From NCBI GenBank assembly GCA_976551045.1, contig CDPCPM010000026.1:7068001-7132000 (forward strand): a stretch of 64,000 nt of DNA, given 5' to 3'. Below, one piece after another: positions 12,706-25,169 of this stretch. The notes beneath the pieces are model-generated. The model made no database searches and was not told where the DNA came from. It worked only from the letters and a program-made list of their open reading frames with translations. The DNA is from Glaucostegus cemiculus. Taxonomy: Eukaryota. A program made the position numbers and the translations under genes. The stretch's first letter is position 1, and each line of letters begins with the position of its first letter.

Positions 12706-15329
12706 AATTTTAAGGCTGTCCTAACAGTGAAAAAATAAAAAGCAAAGATTAAATTTGTTTTTGTTAATATTTTAGTTCAAGATAAAGGTCAGGTGAATAT
12801 TCACATAAACTATGCTAATTTATTATGGTTTTTTTTACAAGCTTTGAAAAGAAAGGAGCTTGCCACCTCCATATTGCAGAAAGGTAATAGTAGTCCTCAT
12901 TTCAGCCCATCTTATTTTGGTGATTTACACAGATTTGGACAGCCTGCAGCATATCTCTGAAATAATCCATTAACACAATTTCAGCGGAATTTTTGGAAAA
13001 TACCACAGAAAACAGTTTTAAACAGAAAAGAATCCAGCCTTCATCTACAGTGCAAAATCATGCTTGCAGAATACTTGCCAACTCCTCCAAATGAATATTA
13101 TGTGAACAAACAACTTTTTTTTGCAATGTTTGTTCATTTGAACAGATAGCAATAGAGGCAGGTCTAGCCTGCACGCTACAATGGGTTAAAGTGCATTATT
13201 CCCTGTTGGAATCTGTAAAATGATTTCATCCTGATCGTATTTCCTTCAAAGCCTATTAAAATTATATTAAAATAGTCTATCTACTTACAACCCTCCTATT
13301 AAATCAATCCAAAATATATTGAGTTCTCTGATTGGTTGTGATTTTAAAATTTATGCAATTGACCTAAAATTAACAATTACATTAGAGGAAAAAGGATAAT
13401 GTGTCTCTGCTTAAACTTAACTGCTGGATCTGATTTAAAACAGAAATGGGTCCAATCTGTTGTACATTTGGAAAGTAAATAAGCCATGGTGTAGATACAT
13501 GCTGGCATACTGCTAAGCTGATCTGGTACTCAAAAGGTTAAGCTGTATCCCTGCAAACACTGCCCTCCTCAAGAACTGATTTTGCACATGTCTTTATCTT
13601 TCATCACACCATGTGCATGAAAAGAAACCCCAGAAGTCGGGAAAGCAGGGAATCCCATGCCTTCTGCCAATTGCTGTTGAAATGCTGGTACTGAGCTAAC
13701 CGCTGGTGTATCTGCCCCACAAAAGATTCAGTGATTCTTCTATGGGAAGGAAGAAAATGATACAGTTGAACTGTGTCAATCTGTTTTCTTCACATTGCCA
13801 TTGCATTGCTGTCCAAACTATGATTTTTATCCGATTGTCTGAAAGTTCCACTGATCCTCTGTCCGTCATTTGTACCTTGTGGTAAATCAGGATTGTGCTT
13901 CTGCAGACTCTTTAAAGCAGTGTTTCACTAAAGGTATCAAACTGGATGAACTAGGAATCCAAAATAACATTAAAATAACTCAACACATTCTAGTTAAGTA
14001 AGCAAGATGTTGACATGAATTTATACTTACTTCTTCAAAATATTCATGTAACTGGGATTTACATTAAGTTGTAAATCAAAACATTGCATTGAACCAATCA
14101 ATCATTCTGTATATTTCCCTATCACCAGAGACCTTATAAAATCAAATAGAGAGGACACTCTTCCACTGCTGTATAGAAGCACAGGAACCAATTCAGCTTA
14201 ATGGGGGAAGCATACATTTTTGGGTTTAAGATGGCAATAACAGATGAAAGCACAAGCCTTGCTCTACATAGCTTCTATTTCTCTTTTCTTTTCTATCTCC
14301 CTTGAGCTACTTCTCATTTGGAGCACATGTAACATGCTAGCCCCAGTCCCAGTATTATTTTAATGAATAGCTTTGAGAACCATTGGGATCACAAGGAGAT
14401 TGAACTTAATGTTGTCATTGGCTAAAGCAACTACTATTCCAGTCTTCCAATATCACTTTAATATCCTGTACTATTTCATTGTTTTTTATCTCAGAACCTA
14501 CAGGTCACTTTAGTTTCAGTGTCTAATTTTCCAGTTACTGTCGTGTATTTTATTATTGCCTGGCTGAACTCAAAGACTCTCTTAAAATAATTCCAATGTC
14601 AAGTATAAGAGCATACATGAATTAGGCTATTTTATTTTGCTTGTCCTACCTCTGATTTACAGGATAATAACCTCTTTCCATTTTATACACCCATACTTAC
14701 TAATTGTGGAACATTGTCTCCATGTCTTATTCATTCTCTAATACTGAAGGATAGACAGTAATTTAAACTAACAAACAAAAGGCACTTTTTGAGTAAAGGG
14801 AACGTTACACAACACAGAATTGCATACAACTTTCTCTACAGAAAATATTTGCATTTTTTGTAGTACACTGAAATATTATAGCAGCATATAGAGAGCAGAT
14901 GATCACTTGCTGCATTTCTTAAAGCAATACCAACCAATGTTACATATATTATGCAAACGAAATAACAGGTGGAAACAACAAGCAACTTTTCATGCTTCCA
15001 GCTCACATGATAATCTTTAATGAATCTCCAAGGATCGTTCACTCCACTTCAGAGTATGGTACTCAAAGTAGCAGTGTCCAAGCTGTCAAAACCTATTATA
15101 TTAATGTGTGCATTTTATAACATGGATGACTTTCTTATATTTTAAATGAATTGTTTTCCACATCACTTGATAGTTTGATTTAAATGGTAATTTACTCTAT
15201 TATAATGGAAAATAGGAAGTTTTCTTTTAAACGTGATTTTTTTTGGTGGTGATCTTAACATTTATGCTGGATCATCAATTACTGTATTTAGCTTCCTATG
15301 TTATTTTTAAACCATCTAAAAAAATTCAA

Positions 15330-15780
15330 TATCTACTTGTTCTCCTTCTAATGTCCTCTGATTTAGTGAAAGGAACCTTGCCTCACAAGTAATGTCTCAT
15401 AACTAAATCCTTTTATCTCTGGCATCATTTTATTAAATATCTTCTGCATCTTCGCCTTGGCCTTGACATCCTTCCTAAACCAGGGAGGCAAAAACTTGAC
15501 ACAATGGCCACCATGTATTTATTGGAAAGGTGGATCCAGCCAAACTTAATCCAGTTGATGAGCTCTTCACTACCAAAGATCAAAGTTCTGACCAATAATC
15601 TAACTATAATATACCAGTTGATACTTCTAATTCTTGTGTTACTTTTTCACTTTCATAATTATCACTCCTGTTTATCAAACAAAGAATAAATGTATATTTG
15701 TTTTACAACTTTTATCAGTTAGTCATCCTACATGTTAAGGCTTGCTTGTCTAGATACTTGTCTTGACTTATAAAAATCCA
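15330..15780 (-). mobile_element. Heavily decayed CR1 fragment
   Basis: GGCCTTGACATCCTTCCTAAA...AACTTGACACAA (reverse of CVQFW.P..RKDVKA). Confidence 0.5.
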
Positions 15781-15799
15781 AAGCTTTTAAGTCTCTATG

Positions 15800-16130
15800 G
15801 CTACATGACTCCTCAGTAGATGAACCTTACTGACTAGAAAGGTGTCCAGTTTGATCTCTGGTCCGTGACAGGTGTGTTTCACTTGTGTTTGGTGCACCAA
15901 ATTGGGATAGGAGAGGATTGACCCCCATGAAACAAATCTTACAGGATGTGCAAACATATGGATACAAAACGATGGCTGGATCAGCTTGCCAGCACTCACA
16001 TTCGAGAACTTGACATGAGCTGCAATCATCTGGGCATGGTACTGGTGAGTGTTAGATAACCATGGGACAATAGCCCAGTATGCACAGGAAGATAAGTAGC
16101 AGTGTGGATGAGAGGTACAGTTGTTAGGGC
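15800..16130 (+). mobile_element. Old elasmobranch tRNA-SINE (family unnamed)
   Basis: B-box-like CCAGTTTGATCTCTGG; GCTTGCCAGCACTCAC...CATCTGGGCATGGTACTGG; related minus-strand remnants at ~26590-26750 and ~33780-33870. Confidence 0.4.
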
Positions 16131-17284
16131 TTTGGAAGAGAAACCCATTAAACAAATGTTTGAAAAATCTTATCCTATATTTAGCAGCACAGAGATGCTT
16201 TTCAATGTTTAAGACTTTAAAGCAGATCTTTTGACAAAGTAAAATAAATGTTCTAAACTGTGAATGCATGGATAGAATTTCTAGTAATTACTGCACATAG
16301 TTTCTATTAAACTAAAATGGAAGACTGTCTTAAAACATCTGTTTTAATTTATTAATGAGTTATGAATTTCAGTATAATCTGTAAACTTCTGTGGCTTTCT
16401 TTTGTTATTTTGATTTACAGTGGTTACTAACCCTTGGAAAGCTTACAGAAAATTATAAACAGTACCTGGATTTCCACTGACTGAACTAACTCTTGTAAGC
16501 TGCAACATTTCCAATGTGAAGGCTCTGCCTATTTCATTAATTCTACTCATCTTGGTCTTTAATCAAAATATGTGGGCAAACAGAACAATTCCAAAGCATG
16601 CAACTAGTTCCTGCAAGCAGTTTGGACATCAATGTAATGTGACTGCGTAACTCATGATAACTGAGATAAAGTAATATAATTCATCAGGGATGTACACAAG
16701 TTGATGAGGTTTGGCTACTCAACATAATTCTGCCTGAATTAAAAGAAAATCAAGTGGAATATTTAATACTCAGCCAATGTGCTACTGCCAATTATATGCC
16801 AAAATCCTTATCACCCCTACTCTATCCAGCCCCCAACCAAGGAATCTGAAATTCTCTCATTGGTTTATTTACAAAAGAAATCACAAATATATTTTCCCAC
16901 TTAAATTTAGGAAAGTAACTTCCACATCAAGGAATGCCAGTCACAGCTCTATGTTAAGGAACATTCTTAATCAAAGTTAAGTTAATATTTTTGAAGAGTT
17001 TATGAGTGACTTGTGGGCATGAGCTAGGTAATCTTACTGACTCAGTGGATACTAAGGACATGTATTATCCAGTTTCTAAGTACTATTATATAGTTAGAAA
17101 CTGTTTTCAAATACACTGATATATTTTATTTGGTTTGATTGAGTTTGTTTTGGAATATAAATAACCTTGAGTAACATTCTGATTTTGATACAGATAAGAA
17201 CATTGCTATAACATCAAATATGGTAAATCAAATGCTTGTTAAATCCTTTAAAATAATCAAGCCAAAATTCTTCTCTTTCTTATA

Positions 17285-17636
17285 CATAGCATCACAGAAG
17301 CATATCATCAGATCCATCAGCTCCATGTTGGTTCCCCAGGGAGTAATCCCATTAGTCTCATTTCTCTTCTCCCTAAATCCTTGTATCTCTGCAACTTATT
17401 CTCCCTCGTGCTTGCCCATCAATTCCCCTTTGATTCTTTTTGCCATTAACCTGCACTAAGGAATCATTTACATTGTCAACTAATGTACCAGCTCATCTTT
17501 GGAGTGAGGAACAAACCAGAGTACCTGGCAGAAACCCATGCTGTCACAGAGAGAATGTGCAAACTCCATACAGACAGCACCTGAGGTCAGAATCGAACTC
17601 AGGTTCCTGGACTTGTGAAGCAGCAGTACTAACTGG
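17285..17636 (-). mobile_element. HE1-like V-SINE, older long subfamily
   Basis: Reverse V-domain AAACCAGAGTACCTGGCAGAAACCCATGC...GAGAATGTGCAAACTCC; B-box AATCGAAC; CR1-type tail. Confidence 0.8.
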
Positions 17637-18157
17637 CATTTTCCAATGCGCAGATTTTTAATAATTTTGAAGACAAAATTGTTCACATTTTAATGTAATA
17701 TGTGCTTATTTCCTTATCAACATGCCATATTATCCAATGTAGAGTAGGGAAGCAGAATTGTACACCCAACAAATATCTCCGTAGGCCCATTCCATAAGAT
17801 TTCATCCAATAACCCATCAAGAAATTTGATGGTAAACACCAGTGAACAGTGTAGGAAGGAACTATCAATTTTATTGTCCTTTCCAGGGTGATATACCTGA
17901 GATAAGCAAAAAGCCACTAGGAGATGTTTGATGAGTGAATACAGTTAAGCATGAGGCTTAAATCTACTAAGCCCTGCTGTGGCCCTAAGGGCTAGTGATG
18001 TGGCCACACAATTATTTAACATGAACTGCCTCAGTCACTAGCGTGTGGTGAACATATGCAAATCAGTCATTGGAAGCAAAATGTAATTTTTCCCTTCTTT
18101 ATATTTTCCGCCACCAACGTTTTAACTTTCTTTCCTGTCACATACCTTACACATAGG

Positions 18158-18297
18158 TTTCTTGTGGATGAGGGAATCAAGGGATATGGGGACAAAGCAG
18201 GAACAGGATATTGATTGTTGATGATCAGCCATGATCTCAAAATGGCAGTGCAGACTCGAAGGGCCGAATGGTCTACTTCTGCACCTATTGTCTATTC
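18158..18297 (+). mobile_element. CR1 3' UTR fragment
   Basis: GGGAATCAAGGGATATGGGG...GATCAGCCATGATC...GACTCGAAGGGCCGAATGGTCTACTTCTGCACCTAT. Confidence 0.85.
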
Positions 18298-18499
18298 CCT
18301 TCTTGGATAGGCAAATAGGCAGCTGGTGCCAGGCATCTACCAGTGCCATATGTAATTGCCCCTAAAAGAGCTGAGCAAGTGTAACATAACACAACTGATC
18401 AACTCATACTTCCAGCACTCCCTTTTGAGAAAAGTCTAACATCTGCCCCACCCACAATACAGCCAAAGGCATTCTATTCAGGGAATCAGAGTCGTGAAC

Positions 18500-18724
18500 C
18501 AGTTAGCGCGACGCTGTTACAGCACCAGCGATCAGGGTTCGATTCCCGTCGCTGTCTGTAAGGAGTTTGTATGTTCTCCCGTGTCTGTGTGGGTTTCCTC
18601 TGGGTGCTCCGGTTTCCTCCCACATTCTAAAAGACGTACGGGTAGGTTAATTTGGGGTTTAAAATGGGCGGCGTGGACTCATTGGGCTGAAAGGGCCTGT
18701 TACCACGCTGTAAATAAAAAAATA
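18500..18724 (+). mobile_element. Young V-SINE (HE1-like), CR1-type tail, 5' ~19 nt missing
   Basis: B-box GGTTCGATTCC 18536-18546; V-domain GGAGTTTGTATGTTCTCCCCGTGTCTGTGTGGGTTTCCTC...; tail GGGCTGAAAGGGCCTGTTACCACGCTGTAAATAAA. Confidence 0.9.
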
Positions 18725-19259
18725 AGAAACGGCTGTATGACATACAACAGTGATGTACCAATGCTGAATAATAATACAAAGGTAATTGTAAGTAGAAGCA
18801 ATAATCAACAAGAAAAAACACATATCAATGATGTAACATTCAACATGCTTAAAGTGGGAAAATATATTCTGAGCCACCATGGTATTTTGGAAAATGAATC
18901 TATTAAGAACAGTGGTTTTAGTAATCTCTCTCCAAGGTTCCAATTGTCCATCAGCAGAGAATCTCAAAAAGCACTCAAATTTAATTGGAAATAGGGTGTA
19001 CTAAAATAACTAAGACAAATCATAATAAATCTTAAACTGTACTGAAAATACCTTTATTTAGAAACATTTGCTGGAACTCAAGAGATTTGAAATCAATTAA
19101 AAAAATTACATTAACTTTTTAAAATTAAAACCAAAACAAAATTATTGTCATTGAGGTCATATTGCATTTGTATCTCCAGCAAAACTATTGCTATGGAACT
19201 GTTGAAATATTTTTTCAAATCAATTTTGATGAAAAGTTGCCTTGGAGGAGTAAAAAAAA

Positions 19260-19570
19260 AGTGTAGGTATGATCTTTGTCACATTTAACAGTGCGTTTTC
19301 TTGTTTGATGGATATGTCACTGCTCATCTAATAATAATTTCAAAAATGATGCTTTTATGAATGGCCAGTCTCTTTGCATTTCTTCCATCATAAATCTCTT
19401 GAGGTTCACGTGTCCTTTATCTTGGATTCTTTGTGCAACTTGCCATATGCCATGAAAATTAAACAAGTGAAATTCTAGATTATCCGTTCTCAAAAGCAAA
19501 CCTAAGAAGAATTTATGAAAATGAAATGTGCGACAATCCCGCAATTGTTTCAGCTAACAGACTGCATAAG
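19260..19570. promoter_or_regulatory. Candidate conserved non-coding enhancer
   Basis: Non-repetitive; TGATGGAT+TGTCA 19306-19319 and multiple TAAT/TTTATG homeodomain cores. Confidence 0.45.
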
Positions 19571-22399
19571 GTTCTCAGTTTAAGATATCATGAAATGCTG
19601 TTTAGTGCATTCTGCAAAAGGCTGTCACATTATTTGTGTGAACAATACCAGGGACATGCATAGACACAATACCTGAATAGGGTAAAAGTGAATGAATTAG
19701 AATATTCTCATTCAAACCAGGCTTCATATGTGGTAGATCTAGCAAGGATTTAACAGAATTTCTGTTTCTACTCCTATAATTAAACAAACTAAAAATGTAT
19801 TTGCATATGGAAGTCAGAAAAGATGACCCCCATCTTTAGAAAAGATCTTATGTAGTACATTTGAACACTGATAATAAATAATTCAGTATGCTAGTCAAGG
19901 AACTGGAACTGGCAATCACAGAAGAATGGAATTTTTGACTTGTTTCAAGCAGCACTGCTTATTTTGCCCTACAAGAAACAAAAAGATGCAGTGTCTTTGT
20001 GCTTTCAAATGCATGATACTGCTGGCAACATATTTTACCATGTTTATCAAGCATAAGAGACTTGCTCTGAAAATGCACTGTATTCCAGTTCCTTTATACA
20101 CTCATGGATTACTGTCATACTGCTTTCAAATTGTGATAAGTTTACATTTATTTATGTTTTTTACTTAGTCAGAGGTTACCATTAATAATAGATTACTTCT
20201 TTATTCCACACTTTGCCTTTTAATACAAAGTAATGTGATTTACAAAATGTAAAATTCAACAAGATTGGTGGTCGCTTTCAAAACTACCTGAGAGAGGCAA
20301 CAATTCCCAAGATAGATAAAATATTTCATCCCTTGTCTGCCATCGTTACTGATTCCCCCATGGATTTGGGGTTGATCTCTTCACTTTCCTCTGCGCCTTC
20401 CACCTGTGCCACTCTGTATATTATGTTTGTATAGGCTGATTTTCTGAATATGCATATTGTATTCTAACATATCTACTCACCCATTCCTCACAAACCTTGG
20501 CTTGTATATGAGAAAAGTAATCAAAAATGTTATGAGAAAGAGACAGAAAATGTTTATTGAGTGCAGAAGAGATGAAACATCAGCAGTGTGAACTTGATGA
20601 AAACTTTAGGAAATATTTTTTCTGCAGAAATGCAATTCAAAAATTATGTTTATTCCCTTGATGGTGTGCACACAGCAAGTTCATAATCTCACCCTTATTG
20701 TTATGGGGAAGGTTAAATAGAAACCAACTAAATAAAACCATTATGTTTTCTATTAGATGTGTATACCACAGACCGCATTAAGCTGGCTTTTAATTGAATC
20801 ATGTGGGTAAACTGGAGAGAAAAGTACCCCTGAGTGGCTTTTGGGCAATTCCTCATAGCTAGTTATGCAACAGCATTTCTGGCACTTGTCTGTGAGCACT
20901 ATGTGTCAGTTTGACCTAGTCATTGCATGAAAGAGTCAAAGGAGGGAAACAAGTCTAAACAGGCTCCAAAAACAAAAAGAAAACTTTTACAAAGGAAATT
21001 TTAAAGTATTGAAAAATATAATATCTGAAATGATTTTTACCAATTATGATAAACAGAATGAGGTTGCTGCCTTTTATCTCCACATTGCATTATCCTTTTA
21101 CCCATGCAACTTAATTGTCACATTTTGAAATGCTTTCTCACAATCTGATCCCAGCCATTATTAGTAAGTGAATGATAAATGCATTGATACCTTCATCAGG
21201 ATGAAACTATATCTGGTGTCACTTGTCATTTTGCTTTTATTTCAGATATATAAAACTACATTTATATATGGATTTGCATATTAGTTTTAGTTTGGTAAGC
21301 AGTGACTAAGCATCCTTTTCTGAATAACATATAACAGCTAAGGAGTGACAAACTTAATAGGAAAGTTTGCAGGTGATGAGGGTTATTCATGACACTTTAG
21401 CAACAGGTACAAATTGGAAAATTATTCATTGATACAATGCCACATTATACAACACCAAAGCTATATATTGTTCTTGCAGTGACAAATCCAAAAGGGAAAA
21501 GCACAACTTTACTAAGTTTTCTGAGTATATTAAAGTGGCTGTTAATGGCACTTTTACTTTCATCCTGTGCTAAATTATGAATGTTTAATAGTTTTATTTA
21601 CATGTCATTCTTGGGTAAAATCTGTTCCTGATCCTTCTTAAGTCTTACATCTACAGTCTTGTGTATTAGGAAGCCCATAAAAACCTTTAAGAATTTGTAG
21701 TCAACTTTTTGGGACGAAAAATCAATGGGACTCCTTAGGACAAATTGTAAACTGTCTAAGATTGATGCAGTATTTTATGGGACTTAATAGGATCCCTTAT
21801 GACAGTTTTGAAATCCTATAGGATTCTCCCAGGTGAATACCATATGCCAGGAGCCACTTCATTCAGAGAAGAAAATGTTGAAGTACAAATGCTGAAAAAA
21901 ATTTAAAACCGTGAGCTCACATTTCGGTGAAATGAATAAAATAACAGACGGTGCCATCTGGAAAGCTTTGTACAATGAAGATCCAATCTGTTAAGCACAA
22001 GCCTGAGTCCCTAGGTCCAGGCCAGCAGGGGACCTGCCAGAGTCCACGTTCCTGACAGAATTCCACCCTCTAAAAATATGGTAGTTCATTGAGTGGGAGG
22101 ACAGACAAAGTCAAACCATATCCCAGTATGCAGCACTGCATCCCACTGAGACAATTGATTGATCAGTCCCTTCAAACAGCTGGAGAAAATGTCAAACTGC
22201 CAATAACAATATAGTTTGGAAGTTTCTATAATGCACAGACTTGAAGTAAGAGAGGCTTAAGCACATTGAGTCCCCCTACACATCTCATAGATTTTATCCT
22301 TCAAGCAAACCACCTCAGCAAGGACTGCTGTTACCAATGGAATCTCACTGTGGTAAACAAGCTAATGTTACAACCATGGAAGCGCAACAAAAACTAACT

Positions 22400-23130
22400 A
22401 AGCCGTTTAGTTTAATCAATATTCCATAATGTACAACTGTTCTCTGGAGAAACTCGGAAGTTTATTTGAGGTTATGTAAGCTTGAAAAACCACTTTGTAT
22501 CTGCTGCCAGGTGAATCATAAGATGATACGCCGTGAGAGCCCTTAGAAGTTCAAAATGGCATCCATGGCATGCAAGCATATTTCTGTAGTGAATTGTGAC
22601 AGATGGTGGGGATGTATTGTACAAACAGTGAACATCTGCCAGATGCATGAAGAATGGAAAGATCAGGATGTCACCAGTGCTGATTTGACACCAGCTCTGC
22701 CACTTCGGAGCTCAACCCTCCAAACAGCACCTTCTCTTCCTGCACAAGTGAACACAAATTCAGCAGTGGACAGAATCCTCCAACAGATCTCTAGAAAGGA
22801 CCAACCACTGATTGCAGGTCAGCCCTGGATGTTTTCTTCCAGCTGTTGCTCTGATTCTACAAGTATTTGTTGCTTTCCATGATTGTTTCAAAGAGCAAAC
22901 ATCTACATTTAGTGGTGGATGAGAGAACCCAGCTTTTTGAGGATTGCCAGCTGCCTTGTTATGCCAGAACACTGCCTTGGCAATCCTAGTGATACACAAA
23001 CTCTAGAATGCTAGGTTACTGTGACAACTTGCAAGCCTCTTTACATACTTCAGTCTACAGCAGTGATCCAGGTATAGTATGAAGCCCTTTTCCAAGATGA
23101 TGTAGGACACCTCAAAACTTCTTGATATTA
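22400..23130 (+). mobile_element. Possible highly decayed RTE-type LINE fragments
   Basis: Remnant QLF.GE and VY..AVIP / RHLK.L-like motifs; many stops. Confidence 0.3.
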
Positions 23131-23439
23131 AATACAAGCATTCTGCAAGGATTCTCAATGCAAATATTTTCAGCTTAGTTTGCTTTGTTCAGTAGTTTTG
23201 TTCAGTAGTCTGACACATCAAACACCTAACTTGAGTACTCTGCAGCAGAACTTGCGTGCAGTTCATCTCTGGCAAGTTGATATCAGCTCTCTGCTTGCTC
23301 CTTCTCCTCTCTGCAAGCTTCAAGTGTCTGGTGTCCCAGCATGTGCAGATTCCCTTCTCCATGCTATCTTTGTTTAAACAGTCCCCACATATGAACTTCC
23401 AAATCGTATTCAATGCCAGTTTCCACATGTACCCTGAGA

Positions 23440-24495
23440 CGTTTAGTCCTACCTCACAAGCACCTCTCTCAACCCCTCTACAGACTCTAAAAGTTGGATG
23501 TAGATATTGATACATTGGATACTTGTCTGACATCCAATACATGATGAACACAAATTTTCTCCAACAAAATTGTGGGAAAACCAAAATCATAGTTTTTGAT
23601 CCCCACAACAAACTTCATTCCCAAGCCAACAATTTCATCTTCCTGGTTGCATCTGAGGCTGAACCAAATACTTCACATCTCTAGAATTGCTTTGGACCAC
23701 ATATCCCTATGATCATATTGGCCTACACAGCAATCACTGGTGCCCTTGCCTCAGTTTATCTGCTACTGAAACCCTTATTCATGCTTTAATTACTTCTGTA
23801 CTTATCTATTCTAACATGGTTCTTAATAAGATAAGATGTTTATTTATTAGTCATGTGTACATCGAAACACAGTTAAATATGCCTTTTTGCATTACTGAGA
23901 ATGTGCTGGGGGCAAGTCTGCAAGTGTCACCACTTTTCCAGTGCCAACATAGCATGCCCACAGCTCCTAACCTGTACATCTTTGAAATATGGGAGGAAAC
24001 CAGAGCATCCAGAGGAAACCCATGCAGACATGGGGAGAACGTACAAACTCCTTACAGAGAGTGGCAGGAATTGAACCCAGACACTGGCGCTGTAGGAGCG
24101 TCATGCTAACCACTACACTACCGTGTTGCCCTCCCTTGTTCTACACTCTGTAAAATTCCACTAGTTGTGTCCTAACTTGCACCAAATCCATTCACCCAGT
24201 ATGCTGTGCTGATTAATCTGCACTGCCTTCAATTAAGCAATGTCCCAATTCTAAAATTCTCTTCACTTCACAGCCTCACTCCTCTCCAGTTTTGTAATCT
24301 TCGTTGCTTCTCCAACCCTCCAAATCATCGGCACTCTTCCAATATCAATCTCTGGTACATTCTTCTTTTAATTATTCCATGACTGCTGACAATGCCTTCA
24401 GCTGCCAAGACCTTAAACTCTGGAATTTCCTCCTTTAACCTCTCCACTTCTTTTTCCTTCTTCAAGGTTGTCTTACAATCCTACCTCATTGACAG
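23440..24495 (+). mobile_element. L2 LINE ORF2 fragment, interrupted by a SINE
   Basis: LSDIQY.M..NFLQ...GKTK.IVF, PCLSLSATETLIHALITS.L.YSN, then after the SINE VLT.TKS...LHCL..KQ...SKIL (L2 LHWLP region). Confidence 0.75.
23826..24131 (-). mobile_element. V-SINE with non-CR1 tail, nested in L2
   Basis: Head GGGCAACACGGTAGTGTAGTGGTTAGC (reverse strand), V-domain, tail ...GCAAAAAGGCATATTTAACTGTGTTTCGATGTACACATGACTAATAAA then (CTTAT)n. Confidence 0.88.
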
Positions 24496-24916
24496 TCAAC
24501 ACTGTAGCTTCCAAAACAGCTTTCAATCAGCTTTTGCACAGATACACACAATGTGTAGGAGATTTGTGTAACTCAGTGTCAGATGACATTGGTGTACTCA
24601 ACTCATCAAAATCTCTCTTCTCACTAGGTTACCTGCTGATCTCAGATGTACAAGGTGAGCAGAAATAGACAGGAAAGCTAATTTCTTGTACTCATTAGAG
24701 GAGAAGTGTATACAAATAGGACGAGGTATAGATACACATCTGGGACATGTTAGATCAATAATTTAAAGAATCAACTTGAATCTTTTCATTGTATTTTAAT
24801 AATACCATTCTATAATGACGCAGTTGTTTTCTAACGACACTGACTGCAATCCCGATGATGGCGATTCAAGTCTCCGTCCTGGCCATAAGTGAGCCATTTT
24901 GCTTGAGTTCCTTGTT

Positions 24917-25169
24917 AAATTCAATTTTAAATTTTATTTACAGCGTGGTAACAGGCCCTTTCGGCCAACGAGTCTGCGCCGCCCATTTTAAACCCCCAAA
25001 TTAACCTACCGTACGTCTTTCAGAATGTGAGAGGAAACCGGAGCACCCGGAGGAAACCCACGCAGACACGGGAGAACATACAAACTCCTTACAGTCAGCG
25101 ACAGGAATCGAACCCCGATCGCTGGCGCCGTAACAGCGTCGCGCTAACTGCTACGCTATCGTGCTGCCC
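24917..25169 (-). mobile_element. Young full-length V-SINE, CR1-type tail
   Basis: Close reverse complement of the 18500 copy; CpGs retained; intact A/B boxes. Confidence 0.92.

Noticed and set aside
18494-18994. 166-aa ORF (and similar at 23687, 25027, 55383)
   Set aside because: Translation through V-SINEs (CSPVSVWVSSGCSGFLPH artefact)
25090-25169. tRNA gene
   Set aside because: A/B boxes belong to a SINE head followed by V-domain and tail; no acceptor stem or poly-T terminator
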